This document shows positions 13,101 to 25,100 of a DNA stretch of 64,000 bases, piece after piece. Under the pieces are notes generated by a model, which worked only from the letters and a program-made list of their open reading frames with translations, made no database searches and was not told the DNA's origin. Every line of letters begins with the position of its first letter. The stretch's first letter is position 1. Where the stretch lies: positions 1,993,793 to 2,057,792 of the forward strand of contig MU053493.1 of assembly GCA_013239625.1 (NCBI GenBank). The letters run 5' to 3'. The DNA is from Lama guanicoe. Lineage: Eukaryota. The translations under genes and the position numbers were made by a program.

Positions 13101-16100
13101 CCTCCTCTGCTTGGCAGGAGGTCTGGGCTGGGCGCCCGCCTCACAGGAAGGGGACCCGTGTCCAGAGCCACAGGAGGCCTCTGAGCATGTGGGGATGTGG
13201 CCAGCTGCTGCCCCTCCTCCCACGGGACCCAGCACTCCTCCCCAGCGTCACACCCCCACCAGTGTCATTTTGGAAACTGTGCGGCCAAGGTGAAGTCTGA
13301 TCACCTTGACTGTGAGTCGCCACCCTAAAATGCTCTGTTCACCTAAGTTCTCTACCCTGGGGGCCTTGTCCCTCAGGGGACATTTGGCTGTAGCTGGAGA
13401 TCTTGTCACAACTGGGAAAGGAGGAGATGCTGCTGGCATCTAGTGAGTAGAGGCCAGGGATGCTGTTAACCATCTTACAGTGCGGGGTCAGCCCTTCCCG
13501 ATACAGAGTGGTCCAGCCCCAAACCGCAAGGGTGTTGAGGTTGAGAGTCCCCCGAATTCGGGTGCTCTTCTTTGTAACCCAGGGCCCTCTCGTGCCTCTC
13601 CTGATAGGAGACCATGATGGACCACGCCCTGCGCACCATCTCCTACATCGCGGACATCGGGAACATCGTGGTGCTGATGGCTAGACGCCGCATGCCGCGG
13701 TCAGCCTCTCAGGACTGCATCGAGACCACCCCCGGGGCCCAGGAGGGGAAGAAGCAGTATAAGATGATCTGCCACGTGTTCGAGTCTGAGGATGTAAGTA
13801 AACGCGCGGGCAGGATGTTCCCCTCCCCCGCCCCAGCCTTGCGGGGGCTCCGGGTTCCCAGGCGCCTTGGAAACCGTGTATCGGGGGCGGTCCTGTGCGC
13901 CGACGCGTCCAATGGAAGCAGCGAGTTTTCTAACCCGCTTTGAGTATGCAGAGACCGTGAACTCAGCTTCACGAAATAAATTCTTCAGGAGCTGTTTATA
14001 CATCGAACCATTGATAAATATACCAAGGGCGTTCTTCGGCAAGATCCTTTAACAAACCCTTTGTGTCTCCCCAAATGAAGTGGCCCTGTTAAGATGCACA
14101 CCCTCAGGCCCCAGGGTTGCTTTTGCTGGTGGCCATTTCAGGTCATAACAAGTTGGAAAATAGAGTGGACCCATGAACAGCACGGGTTTGAACTGAGCGG
14201 GTCCACTTACACGCAGACCTTTGTCAAGAGTAGATGCTACAGCGCTGTACGATCTGAATTGGTTAAATCTGTGGGTCCTGGACGGCGGATTCGGAGAAAC
14301 CGCGCATCTGGAGGACCGACTGTCACTCATACACAGATTCGCTTGGACTGTGCAGTGGGCGAGCGCCCCTCACCCCCGTTTGGTGCGGGGGTCAACTGTA
14401 ATTCTGAAGTTTAAAATACCACAGATTTGCTGAGACCATTAAACCCTTTGACTCCCTTGAACGGGATGAAAGCATCTTTCTCAGCCTGGAAGAGGGAGGA
14501 AAGGAGGGGCGGGGCAAGAGGTGAGCGGGGTCTCTGGGCTGCACTCCCCGCCCCGGCCCCCTGCAGGTCTTAGGGAAACCCTGGGAGGCAAGGGCTGAGC
14601 CCTTCTTGTGGTTGTTGCCAGAGTAGAGTTTTTTAAAATTCTCTCTCCACGGATGCTTGGAAAGGGCGTTCTCTTTCACTAAGGGACTCGAGGGTGTGTC
14701 AGGGACCTGGCACAGTGGGGAAGGATCCCAGTGTTTTCACCTTTGAGTGGGCTGGTGGGTGGGGGTGGTGATCTTTTTGCTAAATTGAAGTCAACTATAA
14801 GGGCTTTGAAGCAATGACACCTTTATAGGGAAGGGAATTTAAATAGAGACCCACTAGTGCATGCACATGTTCCTTTCACCATTATGCAGATATCTGTGGA
14901 CATCAGCATAGGCATTTTTGTGTGGCTAATGGCTTGAAGTCTCAGAGACCCAGCATGGGGGGAATGTCTGTATGTAAAGTGAAAGCCGGGGTTGATGAGC
15001 CACTAAAAAGTGCTGGGGGCAGGGCAACCTCCCCTTCCTGCCTTCACCTACCTGCAGGAGGCCAGCTCTGAGTGCTAGCCTCCAGTGCCAGCCCCTGGGT
15101 GAGGCCCCTGTGCACGCTCCCCATATTTCTGGGTTCACAGCTGGCTGTGACCTGCAGAGCTGGGGAGTCCCAGCCCCCCAGAGAGCCCTCTGGAGCTGCC
15201 CCAGCTCAGGTGGGAGGGATGCAGGCACTCAGGGTGGACGAGGGGATGGGAGATTGCAGCCAGCAGCTGGTAAGATGCTGAGGTTCCCAGAAGCCCTGCT
15301 GTGGATGGCCTCACTACCCCCAGGATGAGGTGGTGGGGGCTATCCAGGCAGAGCTCAAGGAGGGTCTTCAGGGAGTGATGGGGTGAACAGAGCGATACTC
15401 TTACACCACCCTGCCCAGCCCGGGGACCTCAGTCAGGGTGAGATCCACCTGGAGGCCTGGGGGCAGCCGGTGTGAGACCCCAGTGGGGCAGGGCAGGTCC
15501 AGGCCTTCACCCTCCACCATCCACCCTCCATCCTGGGACCAGCCTCCTCCTAGGAGCCCCGATTCCCAACTTGGCTTGAGCCTAGGCCAGGCAGTCTCCG
15601 TGGCTCACCCCTACTGGGCTCCCATCGCCTGGGCTCCAACACATCTGGGCCAGTAGCGCCACCTGGTGGTCTAGGGGCTCCGCGCCTCCGGCTTGTCCTA
15701 GCTCTGAGCCCAGCTGCCAAACAGCCAGAACGCTGCTCCCAGGCACCGTCCTGGTCCTGGCGAGGTAACACTGGCTTCCTGTCCGCAGACCATTGGGGGC
15801 TCAGTTTGGGAGGCCTGTCCCACCTAGAGTCAGCACCTGCCTAAGGGAGGGCTCCCTCTGGGCTCTGCCTCTGTTATCTGGCCCAGCCTGCTTTGAGGCA
15901 AAGACTTACTCATTTGCAGCCTGTGAATTGTGCAGCATGTATAGAATGGGATTTAGGCCAAATCCCTCAATTCCACCTGTTTTTGGGTCAACAGGACCCG
16001 AGGTTTGCTGGGGGTGCCCATGCTGAGTCCCCTTTTTGGCAGTGGGGAGGGAGGTGGCAGCAGGGAGTAGACCAGACCTGGGGCTGCTGCAGCCTGTGGC

Positions 16101-19100
16101 TGGGGGCGGGGCCTGGCCGTGGGCAGAGGGGTCACTGAGGGCCCCACTGCTCCCACTGCCCAGCTGCCAGTGTGTGCTTGACGTGTCCCAGGTGCTGGGT
16201 CCCTGGCCTTCGCCTCCCACTGGCCTTTATCTGCACACCAGCAGGTGGCATGTAAGCTCTTGCAGTGACTGCTCCGGGTCCAGGTCTCTGTGGTGTCAGA
16301 GACTCCACGAAGTCCATAGAAGTGGTCCCGTTGAATAGAAGGAAGTGATCTGCTCCATGATTTTCTCTGTGCTGTGTCCCCAAGGTCCCATGCTTCTTGT
16401 CGGCCTGAGCTCAGCCAAGCCACACCTCCCTGGGAGAGAGGCCAGCCACACCCCTGCCTCCCCAGTCGAACTGAGTCCCGTTGCTTCGGAGAAATAAATA
16501 TCGGGTGGACAGAGAGCACCTCAAAGTGCGATGCTCCCCAAAGAACACACCTAAAGTCTGTGGAATAAGATGGGTGGGAAGAAAATACAACACAGTCACC
16601 TATGAAAGCAATGAAGCTGATCATTAGCGAAGAATTCAGTTTCCCCAGACTTTATTCGAAACCGTGCTCTGTCTTAGAATGTCTGGGACTTAAAGCAGCT
16701 CAGGTCAGGGCTGCCAGGGGCGCCAGGCCCCCCAGGCAGCAGAAGGGGGAGAGCCCATAGTGGGATGTGGGTGGGAGACAGCTCTCGCGAGACCAGGGCC
16801 ACGGCCACCCAGGGAGGGAAGGGCCCTGTGCAGGCTGCCTCTGCATTGGCACCCAGCCCCACTGCGGCCCCTCCTCTCTGGGCCGGGCTCGTCTCCAGTG
16901 GGCGCCCCTCCCCGCAGGCCCAGCTGATCGCCCAGTCCATTGGCCAGGCCTTCAGTGTGGCCTACCAGGAGTTCTTGCGGGCCAATGGCATCAACCCCGA
17001 GGACCTGAGCCAGAAGGAGTACAGTGACATCATCAACACGCAGGAGATGTACAACGACGACCTCATCCACTTCTCCAACTCGGAGAACTGCAAGGAGGTG
17101 AGGGTGGGGCTCCCCAGTCAGCTTGAGAGTGCGATGGGGGGGAGCGGGGAGTCGGGAGGGGACAGGTGGGCGGACCTCCACAGCCACGTGCAGTCCCTCC
17201 TTCTCACAGCCTGAAGTGTGGCCCTGGGTCCATTCCACTCCTGCCTTTGCAGGGAGCATGTTTGTGTGAAATGAGGTGTCCTTGTAACAAAGAAGCTGAT
17301 TACACTCAGTCCTAATGACCTTGAGAATGCGCCTCTTAATGCTGCTATTAGACGGATGTTCAATGCCCCTCCCCGCCCCAGCCCCGAAATGCTTCTGGAA
17401 AGCATCTTTGAAATGGGGACCTTGGGCAGTCTGCCCAGGGAAGTTTCAAAGCCCCCAGTACTGGAGGCCTTTGCGGTTCCAGTGGGACTGCTCAGGGGTC
17501 TTTAGAAAGTTCCCCTGAGACAGAGGAGCCAGTCCCTGGGGGTGGCCTGCACCCTGAGTCTTTGAGGGGTAAGTGAGTTGGCTTGTTGCTGAATGAATGA
17601 CAGACAGCTTCCAAACAGTGACCCTGGAGACAGAGATAAATTGAAGGACTTTCCTAAATGAGAGCAGAAGGCCCGGCAGGGTTGGAGTCCGGACTCAGAG
17701 AACATTCCTCTGGCCTCCATGGGTTTGGGGAGGGTGAGGGGAGCAGACAGGCACACTGGAGCCCAGCTTAGAGCTGGGGGAGTCGATGCCACATGGGGAG
17801 GGGTGGAAGACTGTGCTCTCAGTTCCCAGGATGATGGACAGGTCCCAGGTAGGCTTGGAGGCCAGGAGGAAGACCAGCCTCAGTTCCTAAGGCAGGGTCA
17901 GGCTGGTCCTTCTGTGGGTGCTTGACTGAGGCCCTGGCCCCTGTCCCCCTTTTGGGCACCTCTTACTTTCCTGATGTCCTTCCAGCTGCAGCTGGAGAAG
18001 CACAAGGGGGAGATCCTGGGAGTGGTGGTGGTGGAGTCCGGCTGGGGCTCCATCCTGCCCACCGTGATCCTGGCCAACATGATGAACGGCGGCCCAGCTG
18101 CCCGCTCGGGGAAGCTGAGCATCGGGGACCAGATCATGTCCATCAATGGCACCAGCCTGGTGGGGCTGCCCCTTGCCACCTGCCAGGGCATCATCAAGGT
18201 GGGTGCCCGGGGCCCTGCCTGGCTTTATCCCTGCTGCGTGGTCATCCTGGCTGACCCAGGAGGAAGCCGGATCCAGGCAGACCCACCCAGTGACTCTGAG
18301 CCAGACACTGTCAGCATCGCTGATGTCAGAGAGGGGCCTGGGCTGCCCCCTGGTGGGGGGACGTGGGGGTAGGGATGTCTGCTTTCACTTAGCCCAGTCC
18401 TGAGCCACGTGGACCCCAGGCAAGCGCCGAGGACCCGTAGATGTCAGGTGACCAACTTGTCCTGCCTTACCTGGAACTTTCACAGGTGATAGCCTCACCT
18501 CCTAGGCAAACGTGGAGGTTAGGGTCACCTTGCACGGATCTGAGCTGGGCGGCTGCTCTGACCGGCTTACCCATGAGCGTACAGCTTTGGGAGGTGCTGA
18601 GCGGCCTGTCCCCAGAGAGGATCACGCAGAGGGGACACAAACTGGTGGGACCGGGGCCCACTGCGGGTCTGAGAGAGTCCCGGGCGGAAGGATCAGGCAG
18701 CCGTGACCGGAGGCCTCAGCACTGCAGTGCCTTTGCTCTTTCCGGGGTATCCGGACACCTCTGCCTGCGGGGAGTTGTCCCGCGGCTCGTCCACGCCCGC
18801 AGCCCCCGCAGTGGTCTTGCTGAAGGAGGATGCGCCCCCCTCCTCCCTGTCACCTGACAGAGGGCGCTCCTGAGGCCAGAAGGCCCCAAGAACTGGCTCC
18901 TGGACCTGGTGACCCAGGGGTACCGTTTAGCTAGACAGACAGACATGAAAGAAGCCTCAATCAGAGGTGCCAGAGGCTTAGCCGGCCACGCCCCTCCCTC
19001 TGAGGGAGGCAGTTCTCAGTCGTCACTCGGGCGCTGATGGGCTGTGCGCGCATGCGTGGCCGTGCACGTTTGTGCGCATGCGCATCTGCGGGCGCGCCTG

Positions 19101-22100
19101 AGCAGAGGAGCTTTGCGGTAGCCGCAGCGTCGTTCGGTTTAGGCCGCTGTTCTCGTCCCACCCGACCCCAGAACCGTGGCCTGCAGCATCCGCTGTCCTC
19201 TGGGGTCCAGGGTCGCCCTTGGCTCCAGGTGGCCTGTCTCGGTGCAGACACCAGAGCCCCTGTTGGCAGACCCGCTGAGCCGGCGGCTCCCGGTCCTCGC
19301 CCTGCCAGCAGCGCGCGAGACCATCACGGGAGGATGCTTGTTTTGAGGAAGGTGACCCCACAGTCCTTCCAAACAGGAAGTCCTCTTGCTCGCAGTGTGG
19401 CGAGGGCCCCGAGTGCTGGCCCGTCAGTTGTGCACAGTGGCCTTTGGGGCCTGGCGTCTGGCCCCCGGGGCAGCGTGGTTTTGCCCAGGTCTAAGGGCGC
19501 ACCAGAGCGCGGTGAGCTGCGGCCACCTGGGATGCCCAGCACCCCTGCACCCGGTCGGGGAGATGCACGTACCCATGCACAGAGGGGCCTGCCTGGGTTC
19601 AGTCCCCCTGCAACCCGAGCCTGTGAGGTCGTCTGAGACCCACCTGTGACTCCTGTTCTGTGCTCTGCAGGGGCTGAAGAACCAGACGCAGGTGAAGCTC
19701 AACATTGTCAGCTGTCCGCCCGTCACCACCGTCCTCATCAAGCGGCCGGACCTCAAGTACCAGCTGGGCTTCAGCGTGCAGAACGGAATTGTGAGTCCGC
19801 GCTCGGCCCTGGGCAGCCTCTGCCGAGCTCACGTGTGGCTTGGTGCAGGGAACAGGGATGGCAGCTGTCCGTCCCCAACCCTGGAACCACCCTTGTTGGA
19901 TGGGGCAGGTCCTGGCCAGTGACCCCCCGTTCCTGGGCTGCAGGCAGGCGGGTTGGGGGGAGGGCTGGCCACGTGGGTAACCCCAGAGTCCCTGGAAACG
20001 TCTGCCAACTTCTGAGTTCTGCATGAGCACTTTTTCTGTTTTCAGTGTCATTACACCCAAAGCACAATGCGTTAGTTTGCAGATAGGCCCAGGATGGCCC
20101 ACTTAACACTCCCTTCTAAACAAGTACCCCCTGTCTCTCTCATGGCATCATTCAGGGAGTCACAAAGTCCACTGCTGGGAGACCCCAGCCTCCCTCCTAG
20201 AAGTGGGGCCTGTGGCCCCGAGTTCTGTGGGTGCGCCTCATTGAGGAAGGCCTGCCATCCGTGTTTGTGTGTCTGTGTGCGTGTGCACGCGGCCCTCTCC
20301 CAGCCCCTCCTGCTCCCCATCTATCCCCTCTGCCAGCCTGCCCCCTAGATTCCAGCTCAGGTCCCCCTCCAGGGTCTGGGTCCATCCTCTGCAGCCCCCA
20401 CTTTCTCCCTTCCTGCCCCTGTTCCCGCTTTCCCTTCTCCCCTGGAACTCCCACCGTGAGGGAGGAAAGTGCCCCTAGGGATTTACCGGAGACACACCTG
20501 CTCCATGTCCCAGCTTCTGTCGGGAGCAAGGGGGTCCTGCCTGACACTGGGCCTGGCCAGGAAGTGGGCCAGATCACCCTGAAGCACCCTCTTTAGGATC
20601 CTCAAAGAGCCAGGTATACTGGGCACAAGGTGCCCTTAAATCAGTCCCCTGGGGGCCGTGCAGGAAGAGTAGAAGTTCCTCCTTAGCGCCGGGTGGGGTG
20701 TCTGGGCATCAGGTGAGCAGAGCCTTCACCAGACAGAACAGATGCTCCCTTTCTGGACAGTGGGTGCCACGGGCAGCCTGCTTCTCTATCTCAGCCACAC
20801 TGGCCGTGTCCTGTCTGGCCCGAGAGCCTGAGATCCAGGACTGTGACCCACTCTGTGCAGGAGTCCAGGTGGCCGGGCAGCAGTGACCTTGGGCTGTGAC
20901 GTCAGCTTGCACCCTATCTCCTTCCAGACAGAGAGGGACCCGAGGGCTGGGGGGACCCCGAGGACTTCGGGCCCGCACTGGGACTTTCACACACTCAGAA
21001 AGTAGGTCTGGAAAGACCTGCAGCGTAGCGTCTGTGACGAGGCCAAACTCATAAACCAGAGGACCCATGGGAGTCCTGTGGTGGTGCAGGGCCAGCCTGC
21101 GGTCAGTGGCCTTTTGGCTTGCCTCAGCCTGAAAAGGATACCAGGCCAGTGCAGTGAGAGAGCAGGGGGCAGGGTGGAGCCGTCCATCTCTGGGTGGGAG
21201 AGGTGGCCTTGGCCGGGGGTTGGATGGGAGCTGGCGGTGACACAGGTGGGAGCCCCAGGTGAGGGCGGGTGCGTTCAGCACAGGATGCAGAGGAGAGTCC
21301 TCGGGCGGGATGAAAGGAAAAAGGAACAGTGAGTCGGGAAGGGCTGGACGTCCCACCTGCAGATACGCCTCCTGTGGGCAGGCTGACCCCTGATCTTGTA
21401 GGATGCTGCTCAGAGTTATATGAGGACCCCTAAAAAGTCCTAAAAAGCTCACGAGGTGAGAGTTGTACCGGTAGCATTTTTCAGATGGAGGAAACCGTGA
21501 GGACCAAGGCCTTACAGGTTCGAGGCTGCCGGATGACGTTACAGGGAGGGTCTGGGCGCTCGGGGGACCGGGTCCCCCAGCCTGGGCTTCTCCTCCTGCC
21601 CGACCTCGGGCTTGGCCTCCCTCATCCTCAGACACAGCTGATGCGGTGCAGCCTTAGGGCAGGTGGCTGGGACGTCAGGGGCTCCAGGGGGCTCAGGGAC
21701 ACGGGTCCAGGTGCCCAGGGCTGAGTGCCACGGCTGGGGTGCATGGGAAAGACCACCAGCGGCTTCGAGGTTGTTCTCAGGAAGGCACAGCCCCAGGGAC
21801 ATGGCTGTTTGACCTGGGCCTGCCTCTGCCCTTGTGCTGGGGAGGCAACGGGGGGATTAGTAAACCCAGCCCTTCCTGCGCCCTCCTGCCACCCTGCCTC
21901 TGGGATGTCAGTGCTCCTCCTGCTGCGGTGCCCTCACTCCCACACCTCCTGTGGCTCCCAGGTGCAGAGGGCCCACAGAATGGGAGGCTGCTCTTCCCTC
22001 CCTGATCTCTGCACAGACTGCCCCTTTCCGATACCTGATCTTTAGTGAATTCACCAACGGGGGATCTCACGCTTAGGGGCTGCACCATTGTTTCCCCAAA

Positions 22101-25100
22101 CTCTTTCCATTCATCAGCTCATGAAATCACCCCTCCCTATGTGGAGAGAATCATGACTGTCACCTGAGAGAGGAGCAGTGTGGCTGGTGGAGAACCTTCC
22201 AGAATGGGCCTGACCTGTGTATACCCCCAGCCCTCCACACTGCCCGACCCAGGAACAGAGGCCCTGGGATGGCTGGGGCCAGATTCCTTGCCAGCAGGGT
22301 GGGGACCTGAGGGCCCAGATGGGTCTCCCCAAGCATTTTCGAACATTTTCCAAATCATAAACCTCCCCATTGCTGAGTCAGCGGACGGCAGGTAGCAGTG
22401 CTCGTCCTGTGGGGCTTCTCCCCCCACCGGTTCACTCTCCTCCCGGTCTCTGGGGGCAGGAGGAGTGTTGGCAGGGTGGCGGGAGCTCTGTGCTGACCTG
22501 ACACCCGTGTCCCCTAGATCTGCAGCCTCATGCGAGGGGGCATCGCAGAGCGGGGTGGCGTCCGTGTGGGCCACCGCATCATCGAGATCAACGGGCAGAG
22601 CGTGGTGGCCACGGCGCACGAGAAGATTGTTCAGGCGCTGTCCAACTCGGTCGGAGAGGTGAGCGGTCCCTTTCCTGAAGCCAGACCAGGCTCTTGGGGC
22701 CGCTGGGCCCATATGTTTTCATGATGACATCAAGCCCCTGAGGGTGGGCGGAGGTGCTGGGCGAAAGCCACGGGTCCCCCCAGAGCAAACCCCCTCCCCG
22801 GGAGAGCCTGTCCCAGCAGGGCCCCCGCATGGCTTGCTGGCGGGTGTGCTCCCTCCGGGACCTCCTGGCGTGCATCAGCTGAGCAGGGGGTGTATCTCCC
22901 ACCAGGTTGCTGGGTGGCAGGTGGGATCCCTGTCCTCGCTTTGGTCACTGTGCCGCTACCGACGGGAGGGTAAAGGTGGCAGACACATCTCCTCTGACAC
23001 TGCTTCTGGAGATGGACTGAACATGCTCAGTCTGGGGCCCTGCCCTGCCCAGTGGGGACACCCCCACCTGCCATCCCCACCCATGAAGCAGGCTGGCCCT
23101 GCTGCTCTGCCCTTACCCCCTCACTGGCTTTGCCCTTCCTCCTGTTTTTTTCTGCCACCAGGGCGATGCTGGCATGAGGCTGGATGGGGCCGGAGGTGGG
23201 AGCTCAGGAGCAAGCAGGATACCTCGGGAGGAGGATTAAGATGCTGGGGGGTTGGTGACAGCACGGTCCTGTGAAGGAGGCCTCCGCTGGGCGGGGGGGA
23301 TGGGTGTGTAGGGCCTGTGAGGTAAGCAGGCAGAGTGAATGAGCAGGCTCTCCTGGGAGAAGCATGGGTGACAGCAGCCCAGAAGGGGCAGATGGAGACA
23401 GAGCTGAAGGGGTGGGCAGCACAGGGAGCAGCTGTGAAGGCAGGTGCTGGCCCAGAAGTTTAGGTTTGACTCTGAGGGTGGGGGGAGCCCTGGGTGGCTG
23501 TGGCTTGGGCTCTGGCCTGACCCCAGGTGGGTGGATGGGGTGCTGTCTTCTGAGGGCCTTCAGATCATGTCTGGTCAGATCCCCTTTCCTGGGACTGCAT
23601 TGCCCTACTTGGTGTCTGTGAAACTCCCAGACCTGGGGGAGGAGGCCTGTTTCCCTGCATGGGTGGGAGCAGGTGACTCTAGAGGGAGAGGGGCCAGGTA
23701 GACACCATTGACTTCCTTCTACAAATGGCTTCAAAGAAAGGGAAATCCAGTTTCCTAAGTAGAAGCTTCGAAATGGTTGACCTGCTGGAGCCAACAGTCT
23801 CACACCTACCAAGGAATCATTCAGGTGGGGGAGCCGGGCTGGGAGCAGGGGAAATGTTTCCAACTCTTCAGACCTGAGAGGAATTGCTATTCAGAGAGGC
23901 TCGAATGTAGGCTAAGGGTGTGAACATCCCTTCAGCCTGGCTGTGTTGCTGGTGATTAGGTTCTCGTCTGGTTGCAGAAAGAATTCAGAGAGGAGACACA
24001 GAGGTTAAGACAGTAAAGTGAGGATTTATTAAGGGATAGGACGCTCTCAAGGGGAGAGTGGGCAGACTCAGGTGAGCAGCTGCTCTAAGTTTCTTTGGCA
24101 AGCTAGTTTTATAGGGTGTGAAAATGAATGGGCAGGATATTCATTGGGGAGAGAAGAGTTTGGGGTCATATTCCCTGATTTTCATCCTAGCCCCACCTTC
24201 TGGAGGGGAAGAGGGATTTTTGTCCTTATTTAGTCTGGGTCAGAAGTGTCACAGCATCAGTGCATGCTGGGTACTTCTAATCTGCAAGACTGATTTTATT
24301 GTAATGAGGGTATAATGAGCAAAAGGTTCCATTTGGAGACTGGAGATTCCTGCCTTTCCCCACCTTTCTTTGTCGACCTCCAGGACTCTTGTCACCCCAA
24401 GTTGTGTGTTATCAGTCCCAAGGTTCCTACTTTTCTCTGTCTGCCAAGGGACCCATGTTTATGTGATGTAGGGTTTCCTGCCATTTGTCCCTGTGTCCTC
24501 TCCTCTTTTGCCTAGTTTCTGCCATTTGGCCTGTGTCCTCCTTCCTCTACTCACATCTAGCTGTCTGCCTGCTCTAACAGCTGAACCTTACACTTGACCA
24601 GCTAGTCCTGGGGGGAGAATGTCTGCACTTTCCATCAAGCATCCCTGAGCACATTTGAAACATGAGCCACTGATCAACAAGATCTCATGTTTTGACACGC
24701 CTTGGGGAGGGGGGGTTTCAGACTGAGGAATTAAAGAATGAATCTTCTGATGGATGAAGCCATCCCAGGCTGATGAAAGAGCTGAAATCTAAATTGATCA
24801 AACCAATCCTGGTGTTGAGCACAGGTAGGGAGTCTGTGTGGTCAGATGAGGCTGGAGACCTGCTTGCCTGAGGAAGGGCTGGCCTGAGGGATGGCCGTGC
24901 CCCCAGCAGTCTCTCCCTGGGCACTGGAGGTCTGCCGGGCCACCTCCTTGGGATTTGGGGTGTGTGCCCCACACGGTCGGCCTCCCTGGGGAGTGGTTTT
25001 GGTGCTTTGCTTGTGTGCCTGCCTTCTGGCGCCAGGAAGTGAGGCCAGACCCAAAGTGTGTGTGTGTGTGGGGGGCTCGAGGCCCCATACCCCAGCACAT

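Noticed and set aside
12269..13171. 300-aa minus-strand ORF, and the + ORFs 12506..12760 and 12757..13293, as novel genes
   Set aside because: The + ORFs are better explained as frameshifted fragments of the decayed RTE ORF, and the - ORF as its antisense shadow.
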